Assembly: GCA_951406725.2 (NCBI GenBank)
Contig: OX597815.1
Location: 185,628,001 to 185,692,000 of the forward strand
DNA length: 64,000 bases
Direction: 5' to 3'
Origin: Octopus vulgaris
Lineage: Eukaryota
The position numbers and the translations under genes were made by a program. The notes beneath the pieces are model-generated. The model saw only the letters and a list, made by a program, of their open reading frames with translations, had not been told where the DNA came from and made no database searches. How positions within the stretch are numbered: the first letter of the stretch is position 1; the number at the start of each line of letters is the position of its first letter. This document shows positions 26,056-39,891 of the stretch, piece by piece.

Positions 26056-26456
26056 TTAACCCCCCAACGCAGAGTATAGGCCACTTATAATTGAATTCCA
26101 TCTCGCATAATTTTTGGCTTCTGTACTTATACTCTGCCATGAATGTCCCCCTTTCTCTAGTTCCTTTTGTGTTGATCTACGCCACGAGTTCTTAGGCCTA
26201 CCTCTCCTTCTATATCCATCCGGTTTCCACTCTAAAGCACTTTTCGCTACATTTGGTGTGTCTTTTCTAATTGTGCTACCAATCCACTTCAACTTTTTCT
26301 TAAATATTTGCTCCCTAATCGAAACATGATTTGTTCTTTGCCATAGCTCCATATTGCTTATGTGTTCGGGCCATCTAATTTTAAGTATACTACGCAAGCA
26401 TCTGTTGATGAATGATTGTACTTGCTTATTTGACTTAACTGTTGTTCGCCATGTCT
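26056..26456 (-). mobile_element. RTE-clade LINE ORF C-terminal fragment
   Basis: TWRTT...VQSFINRCLRSILKIRWPEHISNMELWQRT...KWIG..IRK...AKSALEWKPDGYRRRGRPKNSWRR. Confidence 0.9.
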
Positions 26457-27008
26457 ATTACATGCCTGGTCAGAGGAAATTCGTTAGAGGCAGATCTTCT
26501 ACAGGTAAATGTCTTTCCTGCCACCAACCATTACCTGTTTCAAGGCTAGGTAATAGTTATCCATGGCCAGACCATGTTTCCATGGAAGACTGGAAATGAA
26601 GGAAATCTCAAACACAGAAGAACAGCTTTGAGGATCAGAGTATAAATGGAAGAAGAAAATGACCAGATGTACAGGGTTCAATTCACAATAGCAGCTTACT
26701 GGTCCCTTTCTTTCATCTATAAACATATTTCACTTAACTCTCTAAGCTGTTTTCGCAGCTATTCTTCTGTGTTCAACATTTCCTTGATTTCTAAAACACA
26801 CACACACACAGGGTGCAGCAGAAACACCCCATATTTTACACGGCTATTAGTGTGGAGCAAGTGAATTTAGGTAGATGCTAATGGTGTCTCTATGTTGCTC
26901 TTTTAATAAGCATCATAGGTTGGAGAGGGGCATATCACACACTACTGTTGAAATGTTTAAGAACGGTGAACCTGAGGTTTTTGCTGTAACTTGTGCCTGC
27001 ACGCACAC

Positions 27009-27045
<37 letters not shown>

Positions 27046-27525
27046 ACAAAGGGTTAAAATTTGTAAATTTCAAACGCTAATTCAGTTCTTTTTCATAACT
27101 ACGCTGCACCTAGAACCAACCCTGAATCAGATCTGTGGTTTATATTGGATTTGGTATTCATCTACACTATCCCAGCAAATCAAGATACCTTCATCGTTGT
27201 TTTATCTCACAGTGAACCCTATGTTATTGTACTTGGCCATTTCTGGCGTCTTACCTGTTGATGTGTCAACATACTAATGTATTTTATTACTAATCATGTG
27301 TGAGTGCGCACATACACACCTAAAAATATATATCTATACACACACACGAGCTTTTGTATGTATATAGGCGCATGGTTGCATGTAAGGACGGCATGCACAA
27401 TAAGACGGGGAATGTTGCAACGTAATACTTTGGGATTATATATGGGTTTTATATATATATATATACATTTCGTTTTTGGATTTGGTTTGCAAGATTCTTT
27501 ATAAGAGTTCGTGTGTTGAAGCATA

Positions 27526-27690
27526 TTCTGTTGTGTCTGGGGAGAGTCATTTTCCTTTTTTTATTTTTTTTGCCTTATAATCTAACACACTCACCGAAAA
27601 AATAAGAAAAAAGGGGAAATTTTACCGGTGAGTGTGTTAGATTATAAGGCAAAAAAAAAAAGAAAATGACTCTCCCCAGACACAACAGAA
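27526..27690. repeat. Fold-back (about 65-70 bp arms) of a dispersed repeat also at 9188-9320
   Basis: TTCTGTTGTGTCTGGGGAGAGTC...CACTCACCG (27526-27596) is inverted at 27626-27690. Confidence 0.85.
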
Positions 27691-27779
27691 GATATATATA
27701 CATATATACGGTAAATAGGTCTACAATAATGGTAATTTCATAACAAACGAAAATATACTCGAAGCAGTTCATACATTTA

Positions 27780-30276
27780 CATATATGAATTAAAATAGAC
27801 GACACGGGAAAGCTGGGGGGGGGGGAGATGGCACAAGGTACCCGGAGCAGACCTAATTACAGAGACTAGTTATTTCCCTTTATTTACTCTGTGTAAAAAT
27901 CCATAAGACAAGTGAATTCGCACTAAAATATTTATAACCCCTTAATTTAACAATTGTCCCATCCCTACCATGTGTAAATAAATCATAAACTCGAATATTA
28001 TTTCTAAATATTACGCTTATACGACGATGCGATGCTGCGAAAATGCGGCTGCGAATAGTTGATTGCTCTATGAAAAGACTCCTTCAGTTGATTTGTCAAT
28101 TACTACAAACCCAGCTGTTTTTGTCGCACTTGCTAATTATTTCGGTTTCAACACACCACGCTTCCTTAAATTAAATCACTTGACAAAACAATTACAGCTC
28201 CTGTTCTATGTAGTCCGTTGTAGATCTGATTGTCACTATGAACAATACAATACAACTGACATTGAAATAAAGGCCAAGCTTTCTTCTCTCTCTCCTCACC
28301 ACTCTCATTCAAACACGCCCGCCTGTGCATCTATTTATGTGAGCGAGCGCGCATTAATTTTTCCTGTATTTCATGTATATATACAATACTAATTATTATC
28401 ATTATTATGTATAAGCAACGAATAATTGCCGTAGTTCGCCTGATTGCTTCTGTTAGTAATCTCCAAATCCTGTTTCTCCATGCTATTAATTTTTTTTCAC
28501 ATGCAACAGGTGTTCTCAGATTTCTACATAATTTTTTTTTATTATTATTTCTTTCTAAAAATATGTATTTTGATATATTAAAATACTAGATATCCAGAAA
28601 ACAGAAATACACAGAAACACTAGTAATACACTTAAGTTTTAGACGGTTGCTAATTTATATATTTATTCATTTACAATACTTTTTGCTTTCTAACTATATT
28701 CTAAGTTTCTGTTGTATAAAAAGAATATTTTTAATCGACATTCTGCTAAAGACGAAGCTCTCAAGTGACACTGTATCATGGCTTCGCCGACACACTCACG
28801 TTCTTCATATATTAATATAACAAACAAAACATGATGTTGATGATAACCTAAGGGGGGACAAGAGACTGATACATCTGACATCGTGTTTATCAACAGAATG
28901 AAAAAAAAATAACAATAGCAATAAATACGACGGAAGAATAAATATTATCGTTATACATATACATATTTGCAAACAGCATCTATAAAATATACATGTATGT
29001 GTATCACATATATGTATATATGCATGTGTGCGTGTATGTGCGATTCCTCACATATATACATACATGCATGCATACATACACACGCACGATAGATAGCGGT
29101 TTTATTAGAGTTCATGGCAATCTCGAATAGAAAGCGACCCTTTTTGTACTTGGAAACTGGTTTTATATTTTATCCTTTTATCGTTTATTTTGGGGCATTC
29201 GAAACTAATGCGACCACCTCAATTTTAAATTATATAAGTACGGTAAGGGCATCTAAAAATAAGAGAGAATAAGTTCTAGACTTCAAAATTGAACTGGGGT
29301 CGTTTCATTTGACTAAACCCTGCAAAGAGGTGCTCAGCACAGAAATAGGCCACGGAGTGAAACAAGTAAAGGATAAAAGTTACTTGAAAACGATATCAAG
29401 CTATATATAGGAACAAATGCCTAACACTTTGTATATTTATCTTTCTCTACATCCCATTGTATTTCTGACCACCAGATTCCCAATGAAATATACGACCACT
29501 CGAGACCATTATCAAAGGCACTGCAAAAGAATATGAGAATTTTATCACGTACAGAGAACTGTAGAAACCGGTGATTTATGCCACCGAAATTTTAAATGCA
29601 AAAGTCTCTTTGAGTGTTCGAATCACCGACGTTAACATTAAAAATGCAATTTCAAATTTACTCGATGAAATGAGCTGTTGTTTTAACTAAATCAATATAA
29701 ATTCCGTTAATTTCGAATTCCATTCTTAACTCTTCGCATTTACACTCATGATGGCATCGTGCATCAGTATATCACCTGGGGACATCGAACGGCTAGAAAT
29801 ACAAATCTTTCAGAAGAAAACCCACATCTTATGTAATTACTTCAATGTGGAGCTAGATTTATCTTCAAGAGTGTCTTTGCGTTTTAACCAACTCATATAC
29901 CATTATATAATTGCTGAGAACTTGAGAACCTTTTACTGTCGTTGAGCACTCTCAAAAGAAAAAAAGATATATATATGTATACATATGTATATATATGTAT
30001 ACATATATATAATTCATATATATACATACATATGTATACATATATATAATGCATATATATATATATATATATACACATACATATGTATATATATATATAT
30101 ATATATAGCAATAAGAAAATGGAGGGGATCAATAGGTGGTTCATCAACTTTTAGACATTATATTATGTCAACTTATTTATTTATTTACTAAAATGACAAT
30201 TACAAGAATATACATACATGTATAACATATACTTTACATATAAAATATATTAATATATATATATTTTAATATATTA

Positions 30277-30331
<55 letters not shown>

Positions 30332-31260
30332 TACAAGTGGAACTTGTTTCAAATAAGTGTAGGTGTACTTGCTAGACACTAATGTTTACATAAAACAATT
30401 TTTCATAAATGTATGTGCATGTATAAGTAGTATGTAATATGGAAAAATATCTTCAGGTCTTCGTTAAACCACTAATACCTAAGATCACGCTGGAGCAACA
30501 TCTTGTCACGAAATGAATTTCGCTGAATAATATACTTATAAAAATGAAATAAGTGCGAAAAGGTGTGTTTTTTCCTATGTATCTTAATTCATTATTAAAG
30601 TACCTGGTGTTTTATACTTGTTTATCATAATTATTCATTCATATTTTAGTCTATTTCGTTCTGACCTCATTCTCGTAACAAGTGTGTGCACTACTGCATC
30701 GCTGTTACTTTTTTTAATATTGTATTTCAATGTTATTGATTGCTGCCAGCCGTGCAATTAAATACAAATCTTCATACTCTTGTTGGTCATTAGCCTTCGA
30801 CCTGCATCAAATTTCTAGTTTGAACGGACCCCTGTCTTCAGTGCACATCATAAAACGAAGGAAGAATTTCCAGGAATAATATACATCATCCTTATGTAAA
30901 AATCAGTATCATTATTATTTTTTCCCCTCGAACAGCCGGTGTGTCAGTGTGTCTGAGGTCATCGAATTACTAATACGGTCAGGTCAGCGCGCACAAATTA
31001 AGACATTCTAAATCACTTATTCTCACCAGGTGATTGTCATCTTAATCGCAATGTTTACGTAATATTTACTTCATTCGTTACACACAGTTCGAACCCATTC
31101 TTTTACAATAATATTCTTTTCTCTCTATAGTAAAATACGGTTACCGATTTTATTTCTAAATTTTATTTGCATGTAGCTTAATTTTGTTACCTTTTTTTTT
31201 TTTACAGGTAAGTATATGCAAGCATGGTTTTGTTTGGAGAGAAGAATAGTGATATAAATA
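27780..31260. promoter_or_regulatory. CpG-retaining, SINE-poor putative (bidirectional) promoter / first-exon zone
   Basis: Visibly frequent CG dinucleotides (e.g. 28020-28055, 28315-28352, 29480-29800, 30925-30995) relative to flanks, few SINEs, strong plus-strand donor at 31208. Confidence 0.45.
31177..31213 (+). other. Juxtaposed 3' and 5' splice sites (AG|GTAAGT)
   Basis: CTTAAT branch-like motif, T12 tract, ACAG (AG 31206-31207), then immediately GTAAGT. Confidence 0.55.
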
Positions 31261-33194
31261 ATATAAATATACAAAATTTATAAGTATATAAATATACAAA
31301 ATTTATAGTGATAATAACATAGGTATGTTTACGTTGCTGCATTCATCCTACCTTTTTGTAATGAATCTGTGATTCAATGCACATCATCACCTGGTAGTTG
31401 CATTAATCGAATGTGTGTCTGATAGTATTAACTCTTTCGATTTGCAATCTTCCTCTCTCTTTCATTCATTCTTTCTTTCTCTCTTTCTCTCTCTTTCTTT
31501 CTTACTCTCTCTCATTCATTCATCTAATGGCCTAGTTGTCTTGCTAGAAATCGAATTTTTTTTTGCATTAATTATTCTGCTTATAGAAATACCTGTCATG
31601 TCTATATTATTTTAGTCGTTACCTGTTTGATTTTTCCACTTTGAAAATTATATATCAAAACGAAAAAAAATACTAATAATTATAATAATAAACAGCTAAA
31701 TAAATGAACTATACGAGGGAAAATGATTGTCTATTTATAGATCGATTGTGATCGGAAATTTTATTTTCTTTCGACTGATATTTCTTCACCGAGTTATTTT
31801 TATTTCTAAACCGTGTTTCTTTTGGTGTTTCCGAAACAGTGATAGTTATTGTTTCTTGGACAATATCGATTCTGTTTACTGAAGAGGAACTCTGGGAATG
31901 CCCACTCTAAACATTACTTCATCTTTTTCTTCCTTCCTTTTTTTTTTATATTTTACCTTCTGTTTCTTCCTATTCATTTTACTTTCCTCTTCCTATGCGA
32001 TTTCATGTGGTTTTTCATTCAAAAATATTCGTGATCTTTTTTCTTTTATTTCATCCTGTGATTATGTACTGAGTTTAGTAACAAGGGAGGAATTACAATC
32101 GATTTAAAAGAAACTTACTGTCAGTCATAAGGACGTAGATTTTATTTATTTATTTATTTATATATTGTTTGTCTTCATAGATTTTTTTTTCTTCACTTAA
32201 AGATCGATTACATATAATGTTGTCATTTAGCCCCAGGTCAGGTATCACTGAATAGAACTATAATGAAAACCATTCCCGCTATGGCCATCCTATCTTTTTT
32301 TTTTTTTTTCTTCTTCATAATTGCGTATCTCGGGACTACAATGTCCACTGTTTTTATATTTCCAGCATACTCGTTCATGCCTGGCAGTGATGGCACACAC
32401 CTCGTAATAAAACAATGGTTGAATATCTTAAAACAAACACTAGTGCATACCGTAAACAGATACCGTAATTGTAATTTGTTAATTATTATACTTCGAAGTC
32501 AAGACTTTCAAACAGCCTAATTGACGTACATACATGCATGTATGACTGATTCTCACCTGGGATTCATATGGCCCTGGCCCCCAGGAAAATTTTGTTGTTA
32601 ATATTTATGTGCATTAAATTAATTATACTTTTAGGATACACGAAATATTTTAACAATTTTTAACACAAATTCCTATTAATATTTAATCATAATAATGAAA
32701 GAGGATATTTTAAAACATCAAATGTCTATGAGAGTCTACCCAAGAAAAAAGGGGACTGAAAGGAGATCCATTGGCAAAGTATGGTTGAGAACCATTGATC
32801 TATAAGTTGGATAACCCATCACATTTACATAAGTTTATATCTGTCCTTAGTAAAATAAGGTCGTAAAACCATGTCGTCTATGTTCAGCCTCTTCCCCACT
32901 GACCCTGACAACCCCCCCCCCCCCATCGTTTCCCCACTTGCTGTGTTCCTGTACTCCCTATTGCACACTCTCCCTTACAAACCTACTCTTTTTTACTTGT
33001 TTCAGGCATTTTACTGCAACCATGTGGAGCACCGCCTTTAGTCGAAAGCAAATCGACCCCAGGACTTATTCTTTGTAAGCCTAGTACTTATTCTATCGGT
33101 CTCTTTTGCCGAACCGTTAAGTTACGGGGACGTAAACACACCACCATCGGTTGTCAAGCGATGTTGGGGGACAAACACAGACACACAAACATAA

Positions 33195-33255
<61 letters not shown>

Positions 33256-33661
33256 ACGGGCTTCTTTTAGTTTCCGTCTACAAAATCCACTCACAAGCCC
33301 TTGGTCGGCCCGAAGCTATAATAGAAGACACTTGCCCAAGGTGCCACGCAGTGGGACTGAACCCGGAACCATATGGTTGGTAAGCAAGCTACTTACCACA
33401 CAGCCACTCCTACGCTTACCTGCACTATTTAAAAGTAACTGGTTGTGATATTTTCAAAATACCAGTGGTTCTTTTTTTACAAATCTTATGCATGCCCTAG
33501 TTTGAGAAACCACGCAATAGTGTAGATGGAGAGAGATTTGGTTGCTATTTCCGAGAGATCTTGGGACATCATTTAAGCTCCCTCAATGGCTTGCTTATTT
33601 TCTTTGCTGGGGAGCAGAGACTTCAAAAAGTGTGCAAGGGTAGACTTTTGGCATTCAGTGA

Positions 33662-33876
33662 AGGAAAGGCAGTGAGCTGGCAGAAATGTTAGCACGCCAG
33701 GCGTAGCCATATTTTGTCTGCCACTACGTTCCGAGTTCAAATTCCGCCGAGGTCAACTTTGCCTTTCATCCTTTCGGTGTCGATAAGTACCCGTTACGTA
33801 CCGGGGTCGATATAATCGACTTAATCCGTTTGTTTGTCCTCTCTGTGTTTAGCCCCTTGTGTGTAGTAAAGAAATA
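33662..33876 (+). mobile_element. Family B SINE with target-site duplication
   Basis: 12-bp direct repeat GGCATTCAGTGA at 33650-33661 and 33877-33888. Confidence 0.9.
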
Positions 33877-35062
33877 GGCATTCAGTGAGGCAAGATACTG
33901 ATGCATAGACATTCATTTGAGTAAAGTCCTATAGATATGTTCCTCTCTCTATCAAAATAATGTTTTATTTACATTTCTTTTTTGTCGTAACACTTTCCCT
34001 AATAACAACTGCTGGTATGTCGTGACGCTTTTAATGCCTTATTCAGTATAGGCCTTGTATTAAAAAAAAAAAAAAAAAAAAAAGATCAATATCTCTGCCG
34101 TAGTCTCCAATCCTGAATTAATAAAGGTATTTCTTTGAAGTTTACAAAATCCTTTTCTGTTATGTTAAAAGCAACATTGATGAAACCTAAGGCATGTTAT
34201 CAGAACAGGCATTTGAGGTTGTTGTTGAATATATCAAGAGAAATCCTTTAACACCAAGAATGATTGGGGTTTTTTTTTTTGTTGCCATTTTACGAAATGT
34301 CTTCTATAACCAAGTTGCATTAATACGAGCCAAAGCACATGAATAGAATGAGAGATATTAAAGTGTGGAGACATGATAATTGAGATTGTGCTGGTTTGGG
34401 ATCTCTGGTTATTTCACCATTTTTATTTCCCAATTTTTTATGACAGTGCTCCTAGTGGAATTTTGAAAAGAATTAGCTCTTTTATTCATAGCTACTCTCC
34501 AAATTGGTCGGCCAATTGCTATTCCCCTCCCAGAAGTACAGTTTGTTAGCAATCTTTATTTCATCACTATATTAATACCTCATACATTATATATATATAT
34601 ATACAAACAGATACACAGCCCACCAGGTGGTTTCCACTACTTTGCATAATAATATATATGTCTATATAATACATTGAAGCATGGCTGTATGGTTAAGAAG
34701 TTTGGTTATGAATCACATGGCCGTGAGATCAATCCTACTGTGCAGCACTTTATGCTAGCGTACTTTGTTTTAACCCTGGGTTTACCAAAGTCTTGTGGGT
34801 AGATTTGGTAGATATAAACTGAAAGACATTTGGTATATATGTTTCTGTACTGGTATATATATATGTGTATGTATCCATTTCTCCTTGTCTTGACTTTGTG
34901 CATTAATTGTAAATAAACAAGAAATATTCACTATCATACAAGCTGTATCGTTTGGTTGCAGTCATTCCTACACACACATTTAAAACCATTGGTTAGGGAT
35001 GTTAAAGTAAAGTGTAAATACACTGACAGATATAGATATACATGTAGTTAGTATTAATAATA

Positions 35063-35476
35063 TATTTCTTTACTACCCACAAAGGGCTAAACATATAGGG
35101 GACAAACAAGGACAGACAAAGGGATTAAGTTGATTATATCGACACCAGTGCGTAACTGGTACTTATTTAATCGACCCCGAAAGGATGAAAGGCAAAGTTG
35201 ACCTCGGCGGAATTTGAACTCAGAACGTAACGACAGACGAAATACCTATTTTGGTACTACCCACAAGGGGCTAAACACAGAGAGGACAAACAAGGACAGA
35301 CAAACGGATTAAGTTGATTATATCGACCCCAGTGTGTAACTGGTCCTTAATTTATCAACTCTAAAAGGATGAAAGGCAAAGTCAACCTCGGCGGAATTTC
35401 AACTCAGAACGTAACAGCAAACAAAATATGGCTACACATTTCGCCCGGCGTGCTAACATTGCCAGTTCGCCGTCTT
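35063..35476 (-). mobile_element. Dimeric family B SINE
   Basis: Full monomer followed by a second unit restarting at GGTATTTCGTC. Same junction at 36305-36690. Confidence 0.8.
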
Positions 35477-37969
35477 TAGTATTAATAATATATATACAGA
35501 CACACACATGCATATAGATATATAGATATACTTGTAGTGCCGGCGGTACACACACACATATATAAGTATGTATGTATGGGTTTGTGTGAATGACAAAGTA
35601 GTGATATTTTGACAAACTACCACCCACCAGACGTCAATCCTTTTCAATGAAAAACAATAATATTTTTCAGAAGCAATGCTATAGAATGAGTAATCTCTTG
35701 ATATGTCAATGGCAAAAACAATATACACATTGCTTCTGTATTTTTAACAATTAGGAAGAACTCATTGTCATATGTTTTTATTTATATTTGTTTCTGAGAG
35801 TGGGTGGGTTCCAAACTTACTTTTTTCTTTTCTAACTTATTTAATCAGTTTATTTCTCTCATTCAGAAAAATAAAAAAAAAACAATTTTCTCTTTTTCTT
35901 TTATTTTTTTGAGTTTGTTAAAAAATTACTGAATATAGAAAAAAACAATCTCAGAACTCTGACACACGTAAGTAAATAAATAACAGAAATCCTTGTTGCA
36001 CTACACACGTCTTTAGAGATCGTGTGGGTGGCTGATTAGATTAGCATCAAATGTGAATCGATCGAAGAAGACTGTTTCTGTCAAAGGCCTTCTGCACAAT
36101 ATGCATTGTAAAGTGATATCTCTCTTTGAAAGTATATTGTACGTTTATTTTCATGTTACAATATGCTCCCCGCAAAATAATAATAATAATAATTGTTTTT
36201 GTGGTTCCTGTTTTTAGTAAAAACAACTCATAGAAGAAATATAACTGCTTTGTCTCCTTTGAGGCTACCACTAATCTGATTACGTGAGACACAAAAGGGA
36301 TAATAATCTTTTCTACTCTAGGTACAAGACCCGAAATTTTGAGGAAAGGCGCCAGTCGATTAGATCGACTCCAGTATGCAACTGGTACTTGATTTATCGA
36401 CTCTGAAAGGATGAAAGGCAAAATCGACCTCGGCAGAATTTGAACACAGAACGTAAAGACAGACGAAATACCTATTTTTTTACTACCCACAAGGGGGTAA
36501 ATACAGAGGAGACGAACAAGTACAGACAAATGGATTAAGTCGATTATATTGGTCCCAGTGCATAACTGGTACTTATTTAATCAACCCCGAAAGAATGAAA
36601 GGCAAAGTCGACCTCGGCGGAATTGGAACTCAGAATGTAACGGCAGACAAAATACTGCTAAGCATTTCGCCCGGTGTGCTCGCCGCCTTTTACAAAGGGG
36701 ATTTTAATATAACAATTATGTTTCTCGATTGTCAATAAATGTGGCTATGTGCACGTGTGGCTGTGTAGTAAGAAGCTTGCTTCCAAACCACATGGTTCTG
36801 GGTTCAGAACCTTGTGAGTGGATTTGGTAAATGGAAACTGAAAAGAAGCCCATTATATATATACATATGCATGTGTATACATTTGTGTGTCTGTGGTGCC
36901 CCAGCATGGTCAGAGTCCACCATCGCTTGACAACCAATATTAGTGTGTTTACATCCCCGTAAGTTAGCGGTTTGGTGAAAGAGACCAATAGAATGAGTAC
37001 AAGGCTTACAAAGAATAAGTCCTGAGATCAATTTGTTCAACTAAAGGTGGTGTTCCAGCATGGCCACAGTCAAATGACTGAAACAAGTAAAAAAATAAAC
37101 AAAAAATAAAGCAAGTGAATCCTTCTGGTTTAAGATGGTGGAATCTAAGAAGAAGGCCTAGTCTGTTCAGAATCATTCTCAGGTTCTCTTTTTCATAACA
37201 ATATTTTCCATAGGTGTGGCAGCATGGTAAGAAGCACTTTCTTCTAACCACATAGTTCTGGGTTCAGTCCCACTGCATGACACCTTGGGCAAGAGTCTCC
37301 TATTATAGCTTCAGGCCAACCAAAACCTTGTGAGTGGATTTTGGTTGAGAGAAACTACATGCTTACATATGTGCTTTTTATGTGACACCATCACCAGTGC
37401 ATTTCACATGGAACCATCATCAGAAATATTGGACTTAAATAGAAAAAGATAAAACACTGCAGGTGATTTGTTCAACTGAACGTTTCAAGGTGGTGCACCA
37501 GCATGGTCAGAGTCCAATGACTGAAGTGTGAATAAAAGAATAATTCTGACAAAATAACCTATTCTTTATTAAATTCTGCTGAGAAGTTATTTAGAATACC
37601 GAATAACATTTATAGTGTAACTCCAATACAGAAAGACTGTTCCCCATATATCTTAGCTGCTAAATAGATTAAAGCAAGCATGCTGCTATGATGAAATAGA
37701 TATTAAGTAAACAAAATTTCGTTTAAAATGAGAAATTTCAGAACTTGAAGCAGCAGAAGACTAGAAAAATAAATTATCAGCAAACTGAGAAAATGAGTTC
37801 CAATCAAGACTCGCAGACAATGGGGGATAACGTTTGATTAATTTTCTGAGAGTTAACAAAATCAAGTGAAGTTATTATCTTGTCTCTGCAGACACTGCTA
37901 AATTTATCATAATCATTCTCTTTATTACTTCCACATTCTACATGATCTCCAGAGCTGACGTCTATTACT

Positions 37970-38071
37970 TATATATATATATATATACACACACATATAT
38001 ATACATCTATATATATATATATATATACATATATACATACACATCTATATATATATATATATACACACATC

Positions 38072-38103
<32 letters not shown>

Positions 38104-38560
38104 TATATACACATCTATATATATATATATATACATACACATCTATATATATATATATATACATACACATCTATATATATATATATATATACATACACAT
38201 CTATATATATATATATATACATACACATCTATATATATATATATATATACATACACATCTATATATATATATATATACGCATCTACATATACATACACAT
38301 CTATATATATATATATATATATACATACACATCTATATACATATACATATATACATACACATCTATATACATATACATATATACATACACATCTATATAC
38401 ATATATATATATATACTTACACATGTATACACACACATATATATATATATGTGCATAAATATATATATAGTATAATATATATGCACACATATACATATAG
38501 ACACACATATATACATATCCATATATATATATATTTACATGTATATATGCACATATATAT
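37970..38560. repeat. Compound (TA)n / ACATACACATCT minisatellite
   Basis: Recurrent ACATACACATCT(AT)n units. Confidence 0.95.
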
Positions 38561-38824
38561 ATTATGTATGTTGGTGCAAGTCAGTTGCTCAATCATGTTT
38601 CAGTTGGTATGAACACATTAGCAGCAGACATGACATGGAGGGGGAGGGAAACCAAATTTGATGATGATAGGTTACAATTGAGATATTGCAGGACCAACAT
38701 GAATGAATAATAGTCTTTACAAATACAGAAATTAAATACCTCTGTTCTTACATGAGGAACAGTTAGGCCAAGGGTGGCATATCCAGGTTGTCAGCTATCA
38801 GAGGCTTGAAGTTCATTAACAGAG

Positions 38825-39110
38825 TGTATCTCAGGTGGCAACACGAAGAAAGTTCATTCTTTCTGTTCGTGGATGCTATGGGTTGGCTATTATATGTAAT
38901 TCCTTGTAGAGACAGAGTTGGTAATTGCTAGCTCCAGGTGAGTAAGTGGGGAGGGGGGCTTTGTCAAGAATATTCTATGTTGGTCACAGAGTCTTTGGAT
39001 GAAGCTGAACAGGAAGGCAAAGTTTTCCCTATCTCTATACCTGAAGGAGTGTGTATGTTGTGTATACCTTCTCTTAAAGTTATTGGTTGTCACTAATGTG
39101 TTCATACTCC
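38825..39110 (-). mobile_element. Penelope-like (Neptune-type) GIY-YIG endonuclease fragment
   Basis: TTNNFKRRYTQHTHSFRYRDREN..LFSFI..L.DQ/YSPGASNYQLCLYKELHII/TNRKNELSSCCH matches the FK.RY..H..SFR...C.LC..E...I...LNKR.EL...CRH pattern. Confidence 0.75.
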
Positions 39111-39594
39111 ACCAAACGATGACTGAGCTACTGACTCATACAAACATCTCATCCAACCATCTGTGTTACCCAATACAATGAACTGATGTTCCTTAATATA
39201 CTATACTGCATCAAAGTGGTGCCAGCATCATCCCAACATCCTGTCCAAACACATGGGCCTAAAACTTTTTTTTAAAAATAGCTGGTATCGCTTTGATAGC
39301 ATTAATACCCTTTGACTTGAGCAGACCAATAGGCACCTAATAGCTAGAAGCCATCTTGAATTTGTCTTAGTCTTCCAACCCTGCCACCCTAGCATCTGGG
39401 GAAAATACATGTCCCATGTGCTCCCAAAACAGTCTTGTAGAGTTGAGTCAAACCATTTAACAATAAATAGACATATGTGTGTGTGTGTACTTGTATTACA
39501 CACACACACACACATATATTATACAAAAAGAGATAACAAAGCCAAGGGTGTGAGGAGTTTTCAGAACATTTATAAGGAGAGAGATATAGATATA

Positions 39595-39642
39595 GTCTTA
39601 CAGCTGTTTCTTGGATATTATGGATATCCCTTCATCAGAGAC
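39595..39642 (-). ncRNA. Minimal type I hammerhead ribozyme (Penelope-associated type), core intact
   Basis: Minus: GTCT-CTGATGA-AGGGATATCCATAATATCCAA-GAAAC-AGCT-GT-A-AGAC. Stem I GTCT/AGAC, stem II GGATAT/ATATCC, palindromic stem III ACAGCTGT. Confidence 0.75.
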
Positions 39643-39891
39643 AATGTGAGATACCTTTTATATATATATATATCTTTATAGCAAATATAATTTACACATG
39701 AGTAGCCACAAGCTTTATTGGATTAAAGGTCAGATTTAATAATGAAACAGTGACTTCTTCATGGGGAAAGTTATAATAAACTATACTATCAAAATGTGTG
39801 AATATTTATGTTTACAATAGGTGAAGAGAGACTTAGTGAATGGCAAGTAAAGAGAGATTTTTGTGTGCTAGGTTATGGAAATATTAGTGTA

